From positions 62,001 through 126,000 of the forward strand of contig NIVC01001884.1 of the NCBI GenBank assembly GCA_002269645.1: 64,000 nt of DNA, in the 5' to 3' direction. The translations under genes and the position numbers were made by a program. Within the stretch, counting starts at the first letter, position 1. The number at the start of each line of letters is the position of its first letter. This document shows positions 32,076-45,659 of this stretch, piece by piece. Source of the stretch: Macrostomum lignano (Eukaryota). The notes below the pieces were generated by a model. It saw nothing but the letters and a program-made list of their open reading frames with translations. It was not told where the DNA came from and ran no database searches.

Positions 32076-34036
32076 CATATGAACCAAATCAAATAAGCAT
32101 TCAGAAACAACGAGCAATCATCATAATTATCCATTAAAATAGCTGATTTTACTTCTTGGTTTTTGGTCCGTTTGGAAGACATTCTAAAATTATGTAATAA
32201 TCGCTACTAATTTATATTCTGTATCATAATTACTTCTTATGCGTGTGTAATAGTTATATTCTACATTGAAAAGTTATACTAATAAATATTTTATTTCTGA
32301 ATATATTGAATAAACAAGTACAAAATTTAATGCTTTGTTAGCAACTTAAGCCAAAAACTAAATTCAAAATGTAATTGTAAGATTACCTAATATCTTACTT
32401 GACTTAGCTGCAAGGGCGTCCAGGTATCCAGATGCAGCAAGATGTTCCCGCTCATTTTGCTAATACCTGGCGACCACGGGCAGCCAGTTTCTACAGCGCA
32501 ATCCCCCTCTGGAGAGTCCAGGAGGTAGATGGTTATTTGATGCTCGCTAAGTAGACCTTAGGTAGTGGACAAGCAGAAGTAGCAGAAATTCCAGGCCTGA
32601 AAATGTTGGAGAAGTCTTTTTTGGGATGAGGTAGGGCTACCTAATATTTATCCAACACCTATTAACAACTATTATATTACCTTACATATAGCTAAAAATA
32701 TAATACAATGACAGTACATCATTTAGGATATGAATCTACTTTGCTATCAGGCAATTTAAAGATTAACAAAATTTAAAAATATAAAAACTATATATTATTG
32801 AATTTCAATTTAATATTTAGAACATATTAGATATGCATATACTAGGCCAGGATCGCCATAGCTCTAATAACTATATAGATAATAGCCATATAGCCCTGTC
32901 ATTTTTAGCTTATTCATCCTTTAACTACCATAATTCTGGCATGTTTTAGACGCTTTTACGCTTTAAAGCTTTGTAAAACTCTACGTCTGAAAATTATTAT
33001 AACAGTTTTTATTCCTGTTATCTTCTCCCGCTGGAAAACGGAGCGCGAAATACGCCTAAAATGCGCTTTAAAAACGCTCCGGGGGAGGGGTGGGTGGGGG
33101 TGCGCGGCTATGGGGAGGATGGGGGAGCTTCGCGTAAACTTGGCGTAAACATAGCAGGTTGTGCGTAAAGAAGCGTAAAACAGGCGTAAAACTGAGGCAC
33201 ATTTTCAGAAACCGCCAAAAATACGCCTAGAAACCGCCCACACACGCCTAACCAGCTGGGGTTTGGGGTGGGGTTAACGCTCGCGGTACGCTTGAAATAC
33301 GCCTTGCCCGCTAAGCTTACGCCCGCGGTACGCTTGAGATACGCATGTTGCCAGCCTGGCATACGCCAGTGCTACGCTTGAAATACGCCTTGCCCGGTAA
33401 TTGCTTACGCCGCGGTACTTCGGGAATACACTGTACTAGCTGCGTCCCGTACGTAGAAAATAATCAAAAGTGTAAGAGATAATGGCTGAAAATTTTTAGC
33501 TAGTTACCTTAATTGGTTTTTTAATTTATAACACAACTAGGAACGTATGTATTTAATTAAATATTATTTTTTAACATTAACATTAACATTAATTCGCTGG
33601 CAAATGACTGAGCAAAAAGACAAGCTGCATAAAAGTCGTAGCTGTAACAAGAAAGTAATACAAACAGCAAAGAAAGTTGTAAACGTAAATCTTGAACTGG
33701 AACATAATAAAATGCTGTGGAGCTGGAGCAGCAAAAACAGTGGAGCTGGAAATGTAATGAGAGCCACAATGTAATTTTTTTGTTTTTTTGTAATGCGATG
33801 CAAAGTACTAAAGAACAATAAAAGCATGGCGCTGTTGAGTCAAACTCAACAGATATCCCGGTGCAGCAATAATGAACTTTTCGCCGGGACAAATTTTGTG
33901 GGGAATCACTAGTAACTTGCAACTGAAAAAACAGTGGATGAGTTGAAGCTAGCTTGCAAGAGCGCTTTTAAACCAGCATGAAGACGAAAACGTGTAACCA
34001 TTTTTGTGATGTTATTTTGACACAGATTATACGTTT

Positions 34037-35741
34037 TTAGGCAGACGCAGTCGCCGCCGGTTCAGAGCCATCATTAACCACTGGTGCAGATCCCCTATTC
34101 GCCGCCGGTTCAGGATTAGACGCATTCGCCGGCCGTGATTGCAGTGTGATAGCAGACTCTGCATGGCGGGGGCGCTTTTCGGCTTGCGTATCGCCACCTC
34201 CAGGGGCAGGACGAGCAGCCTTCGGGCGCGAGCCCCGCCGACTGTTGTCGGCCATGTTCTTAAACACGGCCCGGACCTCGTCGTTGCAGTCAGCAATGCC
34301 GGCCTCCGTCAACAGGAAAGACGCCAGGACGTCAAGCTTTGCAGCCGACGGAGCCTGCATCATTTTCTCGGGGCTGTTAGCAGCGCCGGGCCGGCGGGTC
34401 TTGCCGGACCAGCTGCTGATTTGCAGCTCCTCTTTGGTGAAGAGGGCCTGCAGCAGCTTCCGGATCAGGCGGCTCCGATTGTGAGCGTCCGGGTCCCGCT
34501 TGAAGTCACTTAGTGCCGACCGAACGACGACGGCGGTGAGGGCAGGAACCTGACAGTGTAATGAAATACACGGAATAACGGAAGTGATTGCAAGTAAAAA
34601 TACTTGGTTTTGTAAAAAATCAGTGTGACGCCTTACCAAGATATTATAGCCGGCCAAAAGTGGCGTCATCGTGCCGCTCGCCCCGCCTGCAGCCAGGTCC
34701 TGCTGATGCACAGCAGCAGCGGCGGCCATGGGCTGGGCGGACACGGTGGCGGCTGCAGTGGCAGCAGAGAACGACACCGCCTCCGTGGAGTAGAGCTGCG
34801 ACAAAAACGTAGACTCGGTTGCCGCAGCCTCATCACGACGATTTTCCAGACAATGATGGCGTTGTAGCGCGCTTCGAGGTGCCAGGTCCCCCTGCAGGTG
34901 CTGCCGAGTGGACTGCACCCACTCAACGACGTTGCGCTGCAATGCCAGGAGGTCAGAATCCAGACGGTGTCGGTCGGCGTCTCGGTCCGCCAACACATTC
35001 CGCAGGTGGTCAATCTCCATCCGGAGAGATGCAACCTCTGCATGGTGTGCACTCGCGGCCTCGGCGACCTGTTCGCGCAGCTCGACGATCGTCGCGTCAA
35101 GGCGGTTGGCGGTCGTCCGGGCCTCGCCGAGTTGCTCCTCCAGCAAGCTGCACTGGTGGCACGGACCTGTGGGAGCGTCGTCAGCTTCGCCGGCAGCTTC
35201 TTCGTTGACTGTCGCTAGCGCGGCAGGCTGACTGTTTTCCGCGCCTTCAGAGACAGACGGGGCAGCGGGCTCCGTATTGATTACTGGAGGGATTGTGTGG
35301 GCGTGGGAGAGGGGGACTTGTAGTGCATCCGAGACAGTGTGGACTTGGACTTCGCAAATGTTTAACCCGGTATCAATATCTTCTGAGCTTACCTTCGTGT
35401 AGACGCACAGGCTGATGACTGCGTCGGTCGGGGTGATTATGGAACTGTGTATTGCAGCCGTCGCACGTATGCTGACCTACAGGGGGGCAGCGGTCGCAAT
35501 GGAACTCGGGGGGCCAGGACCCGCAGAATGTGCACAGAATGGGTTGCTGGCTAGGAGTGGGATTCTCCACGTGTACAGCGACTTTTGGCTGGGAGTTAAC
35601 ATTGCGGCCCTTCTTCGGCTTGGTGCTTGCTGCTACTGCTGCTGCAGAAGCCTGCGCTGTTGCGCGCTGACTCGGCCTGCGCTGGGTCTTCGTCTGCTGC
35701 GTCTGCAAGGGGGGGGGCAAAACACCGCAGTCGCTGTACAT
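34037..35741 (-). CDS. Accessory gene of the CMC element: B-box zinc finger, coiled coil and BEN-like domain
   Basis: CTFC...HCDRC...CDGC...H...H and heptad-rich LEEQLGEARTTANRLDATIVELREQ. LIRKLLQALFTKEELQISSWSGK...KLDVL. A 43-nt intron (35350-35392) joins the exons in frame, with a probable 87-nt intron at 34550-34636. Confidence 0.7.
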
Positions 35742-36299
35742 ATATGGAAACGTACTGATATGTATCTAGGATGTAGTTTAGCTGGGGATTGAATGGTCAC
35801 AAATGTGGAAATGGAACGTTACGCGGGTACTGAATTTTAGTTTCACAAAAGCAACTAAGACAATGAGTCAGTCAGTGGAACAGAGCAAACAGAACAGAGC
35901 AGAGCAATCAATTCAGTGCATCGAATCTAGCGAGACAAGTCGCAAAACGGACGCTCTGAAACGGATGTTTTTTACAACGGGACCTGACATCGCAGGATCG
36001 CTGGCTGAACGAAGGAGAAATGTGAGCAAAATTAATTAAATTATGCACGGCATATTAAAGAAAAGCAGTGTTTGCTTCCATTAAATATAAATATGTACAA
36101 TAGACAAATGCAGAAAAAGGTGTACATACTAGATTACCATTCAAATTTCTCATTTCTGTATGCGGATTTTATAAGATTCGACATCCAAGAGTGTTTAAAG
36201 AAAAGACATATAACTCAAACAGTCGGCGGCAGAGGCAAATTTTAATTACAAAACAGTCAGTTTACAGACATTGAGACAGTCATGCAGCACCGCAATTTG

Positions 36300-39200
36300 T
36301 CATGCATGGGACGCCTGCGCGTGCGACAAGAGCACGATGTGCGTGTCTGTGAGGACACACGCGCCCAAGATGCGCCGCGCATCCAGTTCACGCATGTCTG
36401 CCTCCGGAAGTTCTCCAAAGGGGTCGCAGCGCAGACGGCGGACATGCCGGAAGGAGCATCCCCCGGGTGCATTGTCTTGGCTTGCAGCGCCACTGAAGAT
36501 TGGCTGTGGAGGCGGTGGCTCCACCGGCAGCAGTCCGATGCGGAGGATAACGCGGGGGCCCCTTGGCATAATAGCTTCCACACGGGCAAAGAGGAAGTCA
36601 TGTGCGGAGCGATCACTCGGGTGAGACCAGTTGTCCGCAAACATGCCGACGAAGCTGGAGACTGTGCGTCGCGCCCGCAACCGAGGTGAGTAGGCCTCAA
36701 TACGGAAGCCGTTCGGCAGCAACGCGTGTCTGAAGCACCCGTCAGTCCGTCGCAATGGGTGAGTCACAACCACCCCATCCACTTCCTGCCGGTTGTCAGG
36801 GACAGCAGGAGGAAGCGGGACTCTACCGCGCAGTTCCCGACAGGCGACCTCCGTCTGGATGACGGCGTGCAGCTCAGCGCCGAGGCTCCGGCTGCCGTGC
36901 AGCTGGGAGAGCAGAGCATGATGATGCGCCTCGAATTGCGCCGCTGACAGGAGGTGGATAGGGCCGAACATTTCGGCATAGTCGGTCATGTGATGAGTAA
37001 CCTGTGTGGAAAAAATTTCAATGACCGTGTGGTGACAGTGAGAACAAAATCTGCAACTTTGTTTAAAAACCCTTAACGACACTCTCCAGCACCTTGTGCA
37101 TATTGTAAGTACTGGCGCGTCGCGAGTACAGGCCGTGGAGTTGATGGCCGAACTGGCGCAGGTTCGCCCTTGTCCCTGCAACTTCCGTCATCGGCGCCCC
37201 CTCCAGAGTCAGCCAAAAGACGGAGGATGACAGCAACAGGAAGTGTTGCAGGTATCGCTCATACTCGCCATGCAACACATGGGGCAGCACCAGAGGGCCG
37301 TATGCCAGCAGCCACGCTTCAAACTCGTGCCCGCGGAAGTGATGAAGATCCCGGAGACTGCGGGGAGGTCGCTGAATGGAGCCCCTTGGAACCCGGATCT
37401 GGGCCGTCATTACGTCCACGGTCGGAATGTCGTGCCGCAGATCAGGATTGACTGTAAGAAAGCCCGTTATTGGGGATTCCAACTGCGTATTCTTCATATG
37501 TACTGTAAGTGGGATGGATTTGTAGCGATAGACGCAGCTGTATCTCACCTGCATATTTGTCTGGCTTTCTGTCCATCTGGCTGAACAACTGGCAGATGAT
37601 GTACTTAACGCCACCCAGCGTCTGGTGCAAGTAGCAGAACGGCGAGTCCACAATGTAGTCGAACCCCTGTCGCACCAGTCCGATCAGAGGCGAAACGGAC
37701 TTCACGCCGAGCAGGTTGCTGGCGGCCGGTGCCTTATTACCGGCGAGGTGCACCGTGTCCTCCAGAGTCCGGCGTGTTACGTTCTGGCAGCCATGCCGTT
37801 CCGCTTCGGCGAGGTGCACATTCGTGACATCAGGAGGGAAGAAACGGCCGCCACCACCGGGAACAGGGGCCGTCTGGATGTAACAGTGGTCACACCCGAA
37901 AAGCGCATTAAACTGCTGCAGACAGGTTGCTTCGACACGCTGGGGTGCATCCAGAAGCAGCACCAGGATTGTCACGAACAGACGACCGGCGGAAAGTCCG
38001 TTGGGCCGCCACCTAAAATTTAATACGCAGCCTAAGTGCGGATGCTTTTCTTTGGACCGTCTTATCCGTCAATGTTGGAGTAAATATTTACCAGTGGAGT
38101 ACTCCACGCCACGCGACTGCAGAATATTTAACTGCTGTACAAGAAGTCGGAGGAAGGCGGTGCAATTCAGTTTCCGGCGTCCACACCAGAACCCGCAGAT
38201 GATTAAAAATTTTCCTTTCAGTCGTTCGGGCACCTCGTTGATGCTCAGGTACACCGGGCAAATTGAATAGGTGGCTGTTTGAAAGACCTGCACAATGGCA
38301 ACGAATTATTAATTTTGTTACTCACACTATCGGACTGTAACTATAGGCCGCAGCCCGGAGTGTAACGATTTTAACGCCATAAAGTTGACTGACCTGGAAA
38401 GAGTCAATATTCACCGTTCCGCTGACATGCTGCTTCGCCGCCACGTCGATACGGGCCTTGAAATACTGGTATCTGCTGGAGGTACTGCGACTCAGCGACT
38501 CCTCTGTGGCCGACTGATCAGCCGGAAACACCACCTTGCGCAGCAGTCCCTGCGTTTCGATTAACTGTCTCACTTGGCTCAGTATGTCCAACTGCCAGTA
38601 GGTCCCGCGCAGGTCAGCTGTGAGAGCGGCAGCACAGCATGGACAGGCGGGGGCCTGCTCCGGGACTTCAGCCAGGCAGGACAGGCAGTAGTGTGTGCAG
38701 TTCACCTTTTTGTTGACCCCGAGAGCCTTGCGCAGTAGATAGGGTGACGTGGGGATCTTGGAGCCAGGAGGCAGGGTGCTTTCGAATAGCTGCAGCAGGT
38801 CCGTCAGTGCGCATCGTGTGAGTCGGTGTCGCGTCTGTATAGTCGCAAAAAGGTGACGCATTCGTGGCACTCGCATTCCATACGTGACAGACATTGACAA
38901 TTTCAGACTGACATTCACCTTAAACATCTGGACAGCAACGCAGAAACTGCCGTATGTGTGACGGCTGCCGTCAGTCACTGGCTGCTGCCGGTCAGGACCG
39001 CCATAGTCATGTTCCTGCGCAGTGTCATCTGACTCTGAGTCTCCAGAATCTGTGAATTGTCAGCAGGGTCGCCACCAAGCACGTGCACATCCTCCATGTC
39101 GCTGCTGCTCTCTTCGTCTGCATCATACGATGCTTCGCGTTGCCCATGCCCCTGGCCACACCCGTGCACGTGGTCGCCAGCTGGCGTCGCATTTGCACCA

Positions 39201-39505
39201 GCGACGGGTCCAACTGTGTCGCCGGCAGGTCTTGGGATAAATCGATTAATTTCCTCGTCCGAATGCTCTGCGTCGTACACTGTGTCCTCAGTTGCAGGCT
39301 CTGCATTCGCACCACTGGGAGGTACAGCAATTGCGCCTGCAGCTTCCTGCCGTTTGCGCGCCTGATAGCGGTACTGGTGTTTGGCAGCACGTGCCTTACG
39401 CGCAGCTGCCTTCACAGGGTCCTCCGTGGCAATCCGTTGCCGCTTGTAGTCTGCATAATACTGACGCCTGTCAGGGCGCCTGACGCCTCCAGGAACATCA
39501 TCCAT
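36300..39505 (-). CDS. CMC/EnSpm transposase, multi-exon (one apparent 2-nt frameshift near 39053)
   Basis: Spliced motifs NIDSFQ|VFQTATYSICPVY, LLDAPQR, GCDHC, YLH, NMHK|VTHH, GPIHLLSAAQFE. Introns of 46 nt near 37502-37547 and 91 nt at 37002-37092. Confidence 0.8.
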
Positions 39506-42500
39506 GGCTGTGGGTTTTTGGGTGGTCGCATCGCATTATCTGTCTGCCTGTCTTTTGCTGCATTTAGAGGATCTTGCCATTGCTTAGTCTATATATATAA
39601 TGCTGCAACCACAAGAGGCTGTTGTCCAATATTGAAACTGGCAATCTGGCAATGCTGCCATAACTAGAACTAGAAGTGGAAGCAACAGTCTCCTCTAATG
39701 TCCTCATGTTCAAGGTCTATTTCATTTGAGTTTACTAATGTTGCTACCTTAAACAGAAGGAAGGAGAAAGGGACATTAAAAGAAGAAATTAAAAATAAAT
39801 ACTTTGAGAAGCAAAAACTTTTGAAGCAAATTGATATAGAAGTGGAAGGAATTTGCAACATTATTCTTGTTAGTAGTACCAATCATGAAAATGTGTCATA
39901 GGTTATATTCTTACTTTTTTTATACATTAAATGGACAGTTGTAAATCAAGCTATTTCTTGGATTTATGTATGCAGAAGTCTATAAATTAAGCTAGCCAAG
40001 TATGGATATTTTTTTAAACAAATGTTCTTGGACATTAAAGGCAATAGTCCATTTTTTGTATGGTATCATTACTATACTATACGACTTTATATTAAATTAT
40101 ATTAATTAAAATTTCCTATTACGCCTAAATATGCATATTAATAATTACTCCTAGGCATATTAAGAAACCTAGACTTAAGATCTTGAATTGAAAGCTTGAG
40201 ATCTACACTTATTTATTTCAAGATCTTGTTTTCCCTTTTCGTATGATATTCAAAATGAGATGCAAGAAATTGTTTCAGCTGTTTTGACATGATTGTATCT
40301 TTAAAAAAAGATAGCTAGGAATGATAGTAGCAAGCAAGAAATCATTTTTTCAGCTTGATAGTGCCTAAAATGACAAAAAAGCAATGTAGACTTTCTATTA
40401 ATAACCAATAAAAATGAAATATTATATACAAAATTCATATCACATCATATATGCATATTTTCACAATTTCACACTGATTGATTTCTAGAAAAAAAGCTCT
40501 AAATTATGTGTCTAAAGACAGTTTAAATACATCAATATAATGAATCAAAACACATGAACTCTCAAGCTTAGGCCTTCTCAGCCTAAAAATCTTATCAGAT
40601 GCGACTTGTAAATAGGTCTAGTCATATACTTTAATTGGCAACAAATTCTTATTTATATATACATGCCAAAGGCAAAAATCAAGAATTTTGCCACACAAAT
40701 GATACAAAGGTCATATAATTAATTAAGTACAAGCCAAAAAAGTGTACAGCTAGAAAGCTGCCTACAATGAAAGATGAAGAAACATTTAACAGATTACTCT
40801 TACTAATCTCCTATACTTATTTTAACATTGCACAAAGCCACAACAATTAGGCAACAAATAAACGACTACTAAACACAAAAGTTGGTCCAGTCATTCCAAG
40901 TATTGACTAAAATACTTTTAGTATTAGAGAGCTCCGGTTTAGGCAGAGGCCTGTTATGCCAGCCAGTTAAATGTAAGTGCAGATCACAGAAGTGCAGCAC
41001 TACTCTTCTTTGGGCATGATCTGAGCGAAAAATACAATGCAATTTGAATCTGTGCCTATTCCACTCGAGCAAGATAACGCAATTGTCGTTAATTGTAGAC
41101 ACACGTTGGGTGCTCGCTCAGTTCATTCATGCCTATAATAGATGTTTTCAACAAGTTGCGCAATTGAAATACATTTCATAATTAGTCATCATTGGTCTTT
41201 TAAAGTGGGCCTTCGACGGCAGTTAAATTCCAAATAAAACATTTGCTTCCGGTCTTTTGCCAACAGAATTACTGTATTCCATCAAAAAGTCTACTTTAAT
41301 TATTACTTTCAATTGTATTGTTGCGTTTCAGAACGTAATGCAAGGTGTCAGAAAGGGTATAATCTACCGCAGTGATAATACAGCGGCAACATGTTGCTAG
41401 TAAATGTGCAGCTTCCTGGCAAAGTCAACCATGCAAGCTAATACTGTAACAATATTGACACCGAATATGGAGCCATGAAATTTTCAATCGCGCTCGTGAT
41501 CTCCCCTACTAGCTCCTTGTATCTGGCTGCGATATTAGCCGCATCCTTGCGGCTGGCCGTCAGCCGACTGCTGACCGTGCGGGGCGGCGGGATGACGTCG
41601 AGAAATTATTCATGTCACTGCCACGCGCGCGGCGGCCGCGCGGCCGTTGAATTCAGCGACGGCGGCGACCAGCGCGCGACGGTACTTTGCATGATCCCGT
41701 TGGCGTAAACTTAGCTGGCTAGGCGTCATTCCAACTGGTTGGGCGTAAGCTTAGCTGTCTAAGCGTCACTTCAGTTGGTTGAGCGTAAAATTGGCTGTCA
41801 GAGCAGCCAAAGCGTCATTTGGGCGGGCAGAGCGTAATTTCGGCGGCCCAAGCGTACTTTCCTACATGGCCGTAAACTTAGCTGCCTATGCGTCTTTCCA
41901 GCTGGTTGCGCGTAAAATTAGCTGCCTAAGTTGCCCAGGCGTTTATTAGCTGGTTAAGCGGGTTTGGCGTTTTTCTCTCCCCCCACCCACCACCCCAATT
42001 TTACGCCTAACTGACACTCAGCCAGCCCAAAGCACGCTCTGCACACCCAAAACTCGCCTTCTCTGCTTAAAAAACGCCAAAATCACGCTTGCGCTGAGGC
42101 ACCATTTTCCAGCGGGTTCTGCTCACAAGTCAGAAAGACTTTCGAACACACTGGCCTCTAAGGGCCCTATTATGAGTGTGAGACTCACATCTCCGAATCT
42201 CTTTGTGCCGCAAATTATTAAAGACTGTGTATTGTATAGTCAAGCAAGCAAACTGGTTTAGTTGACAAAATGAAGAGCAATGCGTAGTTTAAGCGGATAG
42301 GGTTATCGCTGGAGCAATTTTTCTCTGTCCCGTTGTTAAACAACCATATCACCCCCAAAGCATTGCTGCGAGTCCACTGTGTCACGCGTTCGCAGGCTGC
42401 TGGCTTGGCCTTCGAACCTCAGCTTTGCTATCTGCCCTTTAGTGTAGAGCTGGTCTGGCTGGATAGAACCGGTTGAGACGAGAGGACGCCGTTGTTTTTT

Positions 42501-44329
42501 CGCTTCGATGTAAGCACAATTCCAGTGCTTACATATCTCCCCTTTTTGGAGACTGACACTCGTGTCAGTCTGAACGAAGGTTTTGCTTCTTCTTGATATG
42601 AGATTCTTGATATGTCTACTCACCGGCCACGTTGCAGTGGCCACAACTGAAAACAGCACTGCTAGCCGCCGCCCCCCTAAATTCGGAGACGGACGGGTAG
42701 TAGAGACCAAAAGAAGGGTACAGATGGAAAGACTCGACACGATGTTCGAGCGGTTTTTCGTGTTCGAAGACCAATCGGTTTGTCGTGCGATCTCCCCAGA
42801 GTGCCCTCCACAACCCAGCATCGGACGAGCCAGCCCTGTGTTCAGGATTGGTTCAAAAGGTAAAGGGAAAATAGGTCTAGCAGTTTTCTAACCACTTTGA
42901 TTCAATTTGCACTAGAGACATTAATAGGCATGATTCGTCAAAGCAGTGCCATTAGTGGGCACGAAACAAATACAAAATCCAAGAAGAATAATTCAACACT
43001 TAATACTAGCGAACAAAAACTACGCTTTACACAACAATTTATTTATGCGTATCAGTACAAACGTACTAGCAGCGCCATGAACATTGATTACAACTAGGTA
43101 AAAGCACCATGCATATAGCATGTAGTAGGTAGTAACAGTAGTTTAATGATTACGCACGCGTGATCCTGCGCATAATAATTTATAGATGTAGACTATTAGC
43201 ATACTGAAGTATTTAAGTTACAAAGAATTAGTAATATAGATACCCATATATTGTTACACTATTTAAAACTTCACATTTTACTATCAATTATTATACTGAT
43301 TAATGGCCACACTTAATTTCTAATCCCATATCTTCAATACTATTTTATGCTATTTCATTTCAAACCCAGAAGAATAATCCTCGTTGCACAAGGATTTCAA
43401 AAAAGGGGAATAATATAGGGATTAGAAATTAGGAAGTCTGAGCAAATAAAAAGGTTCGCTAAAGGGCAAAGTAAGAAGCAAAAATCAGGGGGCGAAAGTT
43501 CGAATTAGAAATAAGACACTTAAGTAAAAGAAATTAAAAGAACGGCAAGAAAGTGAAATAAATCATAGATATGATAAGAACTTAACTGTCACTTTCCCCC
43601 AAGATTTCAAACCAAACGAGATGACTTCAAAGTCGGCCGAGGTACCAGGCAGAGTCAGTCGGCGCGGTTCCAGGAGAATCGATATGGCAAGATACCCTGA
43701 CTGGCGGGCGAGATAGAGCGATGATCAACAGGCCAAGGTCAGCGGTGACGTACGTGGATCGGCCCAGGGAGCGAAAGCACGACTCACCGAGGGACGCACG
43801 GGTGGTCTGACGTGCGAATCGACTCGAATAATGAACCCTGAACTGACCTTTAACCATCGCCTGATGCGACCAACTAACAGATATTAAATTATCTCTCTCG
43901 CCCCGTAGCAACGTGCTAATCTAATGTCGCTGCGTCTGTTTTGGCACCCCGCCGTTGCTAATCAGCGGCGGGGGATGACGTATCTAAAAATCTATAAAAT
44001 AGATACGGCTCGGCCCCAAAATGGGCGCGCTCTAAAAAGACCTTAAGTGATGGTTAGAACTCCTGTGTAGTTCATTCAAATCCAGCGACTTATATTTGTC
44101 CTTTGTGCTAAAGGCACAATTTGTAGCCAACCGGTTGACGATCTTGGTTGTAAGATCTTATAGGCTTAAGAATTAGTTAGAACGGACCAACTTAGGTAAA
44201 AGTCAGTAAGGCCTAAAAGAAAACTTACAATTATAAATATTATTTACATGAAATTCAGCTACACTAAATCGACAAAAAACGTACAAGGAATGCCTCCCAG
44301 TATTTTTCTTGCGTGACTAAATACCGTAG

Positions 44330-45480
44330 GGTTTCTTCTCGACTGATGAGAACGTGACAGGCCCTAGTTGATGGGAACAAGCGCTTTGAGCTTAAATTCC
44401 AGTCTGCTTGTTGGAGTCGATAGTCCATCGCTGGTGACAGAGTTCTAAAGCAAATATTTATAGCTCATCATCCTTTGGTTTCTTATGTTGCGACAGGGCA
44501 GGGAAAAGTGCCGAAAAATGTACAGGCGCAGGATGAGGATGAGGTCGCATCCAGATTACCTGTAGTCCCTTGTTTCGACAGTCAACTCTTTCACTACCTT
44601 TTCAAGTAAGTAAGGAGTTAGAAGTTTTGAGAATTTATGCTCACTTGAGTCCGGCTCAAATGAACAAACTCCAGTTTTGTAGAGAATCGAAGCCATTTTT
44701 GTGTAGCTGCATTCTTGATGAAGTAATAAATTTCAAAAGTTGCTGCAAAAAAGCAAAAGGTTTGAACTGCGTGGAACAACGGACTTCACTTTCTGGTTTA
44801 AGCTTTTCACACGGTTGTTAGTGTTGTTACCGCAATTTCGAGCCTGAGACCGACAACCCACTCGTCACGAATGGGATGCCAGTTCTTATTAAAATAGTCT
44901 TTTAGTCTAGCACTACAAATTGATTCGAGAAGTCTTTTATTGCGAGTGTAGCTGACTTCGTCTGAAGAATCTGCTACTCACTTAAGGGCCTCCATGGCAG
45001 ACTCCCATTCGCTTTCCCTCAACGCCTCTTTACGAAATAGACATTTGCAGCTTAACGTTTAGCTGCTCCGCAAAAAAATTACGCTCAACACAGTTCTTGT
45101 CGGTAATAATTACTTCGGTGACCTTCCACGAGTTATTGGATAGCTTCAAACGAACAACAAGCTCGTTTAGAGTCTCTCTACACTCCGATTTCACGATCCA
45201 AATTCCAGTAATCGCACTTCTGCCATTCCCGTCTTGCACAACGTCTAGGTACATCGGCATGTTTAAATTGACCATTAAAAACCCTTAAATTGTTCCATAA
45301 AATTGTTACCTACGTAAATCCCGACGAACTGGACCTCAGCCCCTGGTTGGCTTCGAAGCAACTCTGTGGCTGCTAAGTTATGAAGGTCCTGCAGAATAAT
45401 GCGCTTGCCCAGGTCATAAAAATATGTTTAGATATGCTTTTTGTTTGCACCTAGGACGAGAAATGTTTTGGCCTCTTCCT
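44330..45480 (-). pseudogene. MULE transposase with SWIM finger (ZSWIM3-like), degenerate
   Basis: GKRIILQDLHN, QDGNGRS...IITDKNCVE, YFNKNWHPIRDEW...NTNNRV*SLNQKVK, and CACTFF...PC. Confidence 0.75.
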
Positions 45481-45659
45481 CTTGGTCTGCCTCTAGTTGG
45501 CGTTGACGGGGAAACAATTCAAATGATTCCTGAAAACAAATGGTTAGTAAACATTTATTACTTGTTCGATTTACAGAAGTTTTGAGTTTATGTGCAAGTA
45601 AACAAACTATTCAAAAGTGAAATAATCGCTGTTTACTTCCCGGTTTAGGCACTTAAGTT

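Larger units (their letters stand above)
33027..42116 (-). mobile_element. Full-length CMC/EnSpm (CACTA-superfamily) DNA transposon, 9090 bp
   Basis: TIRs CCCGCTGGAAAA(C/T)GG at both ends, TTCT on both flanks (candidate 4-bp TSD), and subterminal repeats (TACGC-rich at 33050-33430, GCGTAAACTTAGCTG-type at 41700-41960). Confidence 0.85.

Noticed and set aside
32400-32600. Exon-like GC island with AG/GT borders on the minus strand
   Set aside because: Stops in all three frames and no identifiable homology; possibly a pseudo-exon.
43600-43910. Possible LINE AP-endonuclease fragment
   Set aside because: Only vague resemblance, with no catalytic motif visible.
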